From a virus (taxonomy: Duplodnaviria > Caudoviricetes), in IMG/VR virus record IMGVR_UViG_3300031519_000168, positions 1 to 27,961 of that record: DNA of 27,961 nt; one strand, written 5' to 3'. Below are positions 26,987 through 27,961 of this stretch, in pieces. The translations under genes were made by a program, and so were the position numbers. Within the stretch, counting starts at the first letter, position 1. Every line of letters begins with the position of its first letter. The notes under the pieces were generated by a model. The model was not told the origin of the DNA. It saw nothing but the letters and a program-made list of their open reading frames with translations, and did no database searches.

Positions 26987-27955
26987 ATGGCAACAGTAAT
27001 AAGACATAAGAATAGCAGTACGGGAGGTAGTGCACCAACTACAAGCAATCTCGCGCTCGGTGAATTTGCCATCAATACAACTGACGGTGATATTTACTTA
27101 AAGAAATCAGTTGGTGGCACTGAATCAATTGTAAAGTTTGCTGGTAGCGAAATAGGTGCTTCAGCAACTAGTATGACGGTCAATGCCTTTACCGGCAATG
27201 GATCAACAAGAGCTTATACTCTTGGTAGCATACCTGACAATGATCAATTAGTCTTTGCTACTATTAACGGTATAAACCAACATATAACTACGTACTCATT
27301 AAGTAGCAATGTTTTAACATTTACTACAGCTCCTGGAAATGGAGATGCAGTAGAAATACGAGTGCTCTCAAGCGATTCAACAGTCGTTAGCTTAAGGGAT
27401 TATGCGAGTTATGTTTACACTATCTCAACAACCACCGGCTCTTTAAGCGGAGGAGATGATACTAGTGCAACGCTAGCTTATGATACTAATAAGTTGAACG
27501 TATACCAAAACGGTGTGCGACTTATCAATGGCTCTGACTATACTGCTACTAACGGAACTTCAGTCGCATTCACTACTTCATTAGAATCTGGTGACATCGT
27601 TGAAATCGAATCGTTTGGTAGAGCTTCAATTGCATCTCATGATGCTCTTCAACCAGGTGGTGCAGCGTTAAGTACTACTGCTACAAACCAAACAGTTGAT
27701 ACATTTACGAAAACTCAGTATCGAAGTGCAAAGTATTTAGTTCAAGCTGCTGCAGGTACTGCATATCATTGTTCTGAAGTGTTACTTATTCATGACGGTA
27801 CAAACACACACATGACAGAATATGGAGTAATATATACAGGTAGTTCATTGTATACTGTAAGCTCTGATATTTCTGGTGCTACTGTGAGACTATTATGTAG
27901 TCCTGTTAATGCAAATACAACTATTAAACTTCAAAGACTTACGGTGGTCGCATAA
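26987..27955 (+). CDS. Fibre/baseplate-associated structural protein with an Mtd-N-like N-terminus
   Basis: MATVIRHK.S...APTTSNLALGEFAINTTDGDIYLK; FTGNGS...INGINQ and NGVRL..GSDY repeat domains; C-terminal YRSAKYLVQ...SEVLLIHDG...TEYG. Another ATG follows at 27956. Confidence 0.8.
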   Translation: MATVIRHKNSSTGGSAPTTSNLALGEFAINTTDGDIYLKKSVGGTESIVKFAGSEIGASATSMTVNAFTGNGSTRAYTLGSIPDNDQLVFATINGINQHITTYSLSSNVLTFTTAPGNGDAVEIRVLSSDSTVVSLRDYASYVYTISTTTGSLSGGDDTSATLAYDTNKLNVYQNGVRLINGSDYTATNGTSVAFTTSLESGDIVEIESFGRASIASHDALQPGGAALSTTATNQTVDTFTKTQYRSAKYLVQAAAGTAYHCSEVLLIHDGTNTHMTEYGVIYTGSSLYTVSSDISGATVRLLCSPVNANTTIKLQRLTVVA

Positions 27956-27961
27956 ATGTCA

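Noticed and set aside
25365-27075. ORFs 25365-25886(-), 25841-26083, 26282-26542 and 26872-27075(-)
   Set aside because: Nested in or antisense to well-supported fibre genes and the 26811 ORF.

Overview
Virion-structure region of a T4-like myovirus with the marine cyanophage/pelagiphage-type gene order. It runs: partial gene with an M15-peptidase-like C-terminus, PAAR, gp25, gp6, gp7-like, gp8, a 1742-aa VrlC-like protein, then several fibre genes, with T4 late-promoter boxes (TATAAATA). An ~11.4-kb island (12927-24364) sits between fibre genes. It starts with a fibre/spike-like protein carrying a mirror-symmetric (Y/F)-(T/S/A)-G-x repeat. Next come three GT-A glycosyltransferases, two 2OG-Fe(II)-type oxygenases, a SAM methyltransferase-like protein, two radical SAM enzymes (one split from its SPASM/twitch domain), a QueC-like PP-loop ATPase, a TctA-like permease, an ATP-grasp ligase and a TctC-like periplasmic binding protein. 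The leading hypothesis, which is inference, is a phage-encoded pathway that post-translationally decorates a virion fibre and has its own substrate-import module. All family calls come from motif recognition by eye; no database searches were run.
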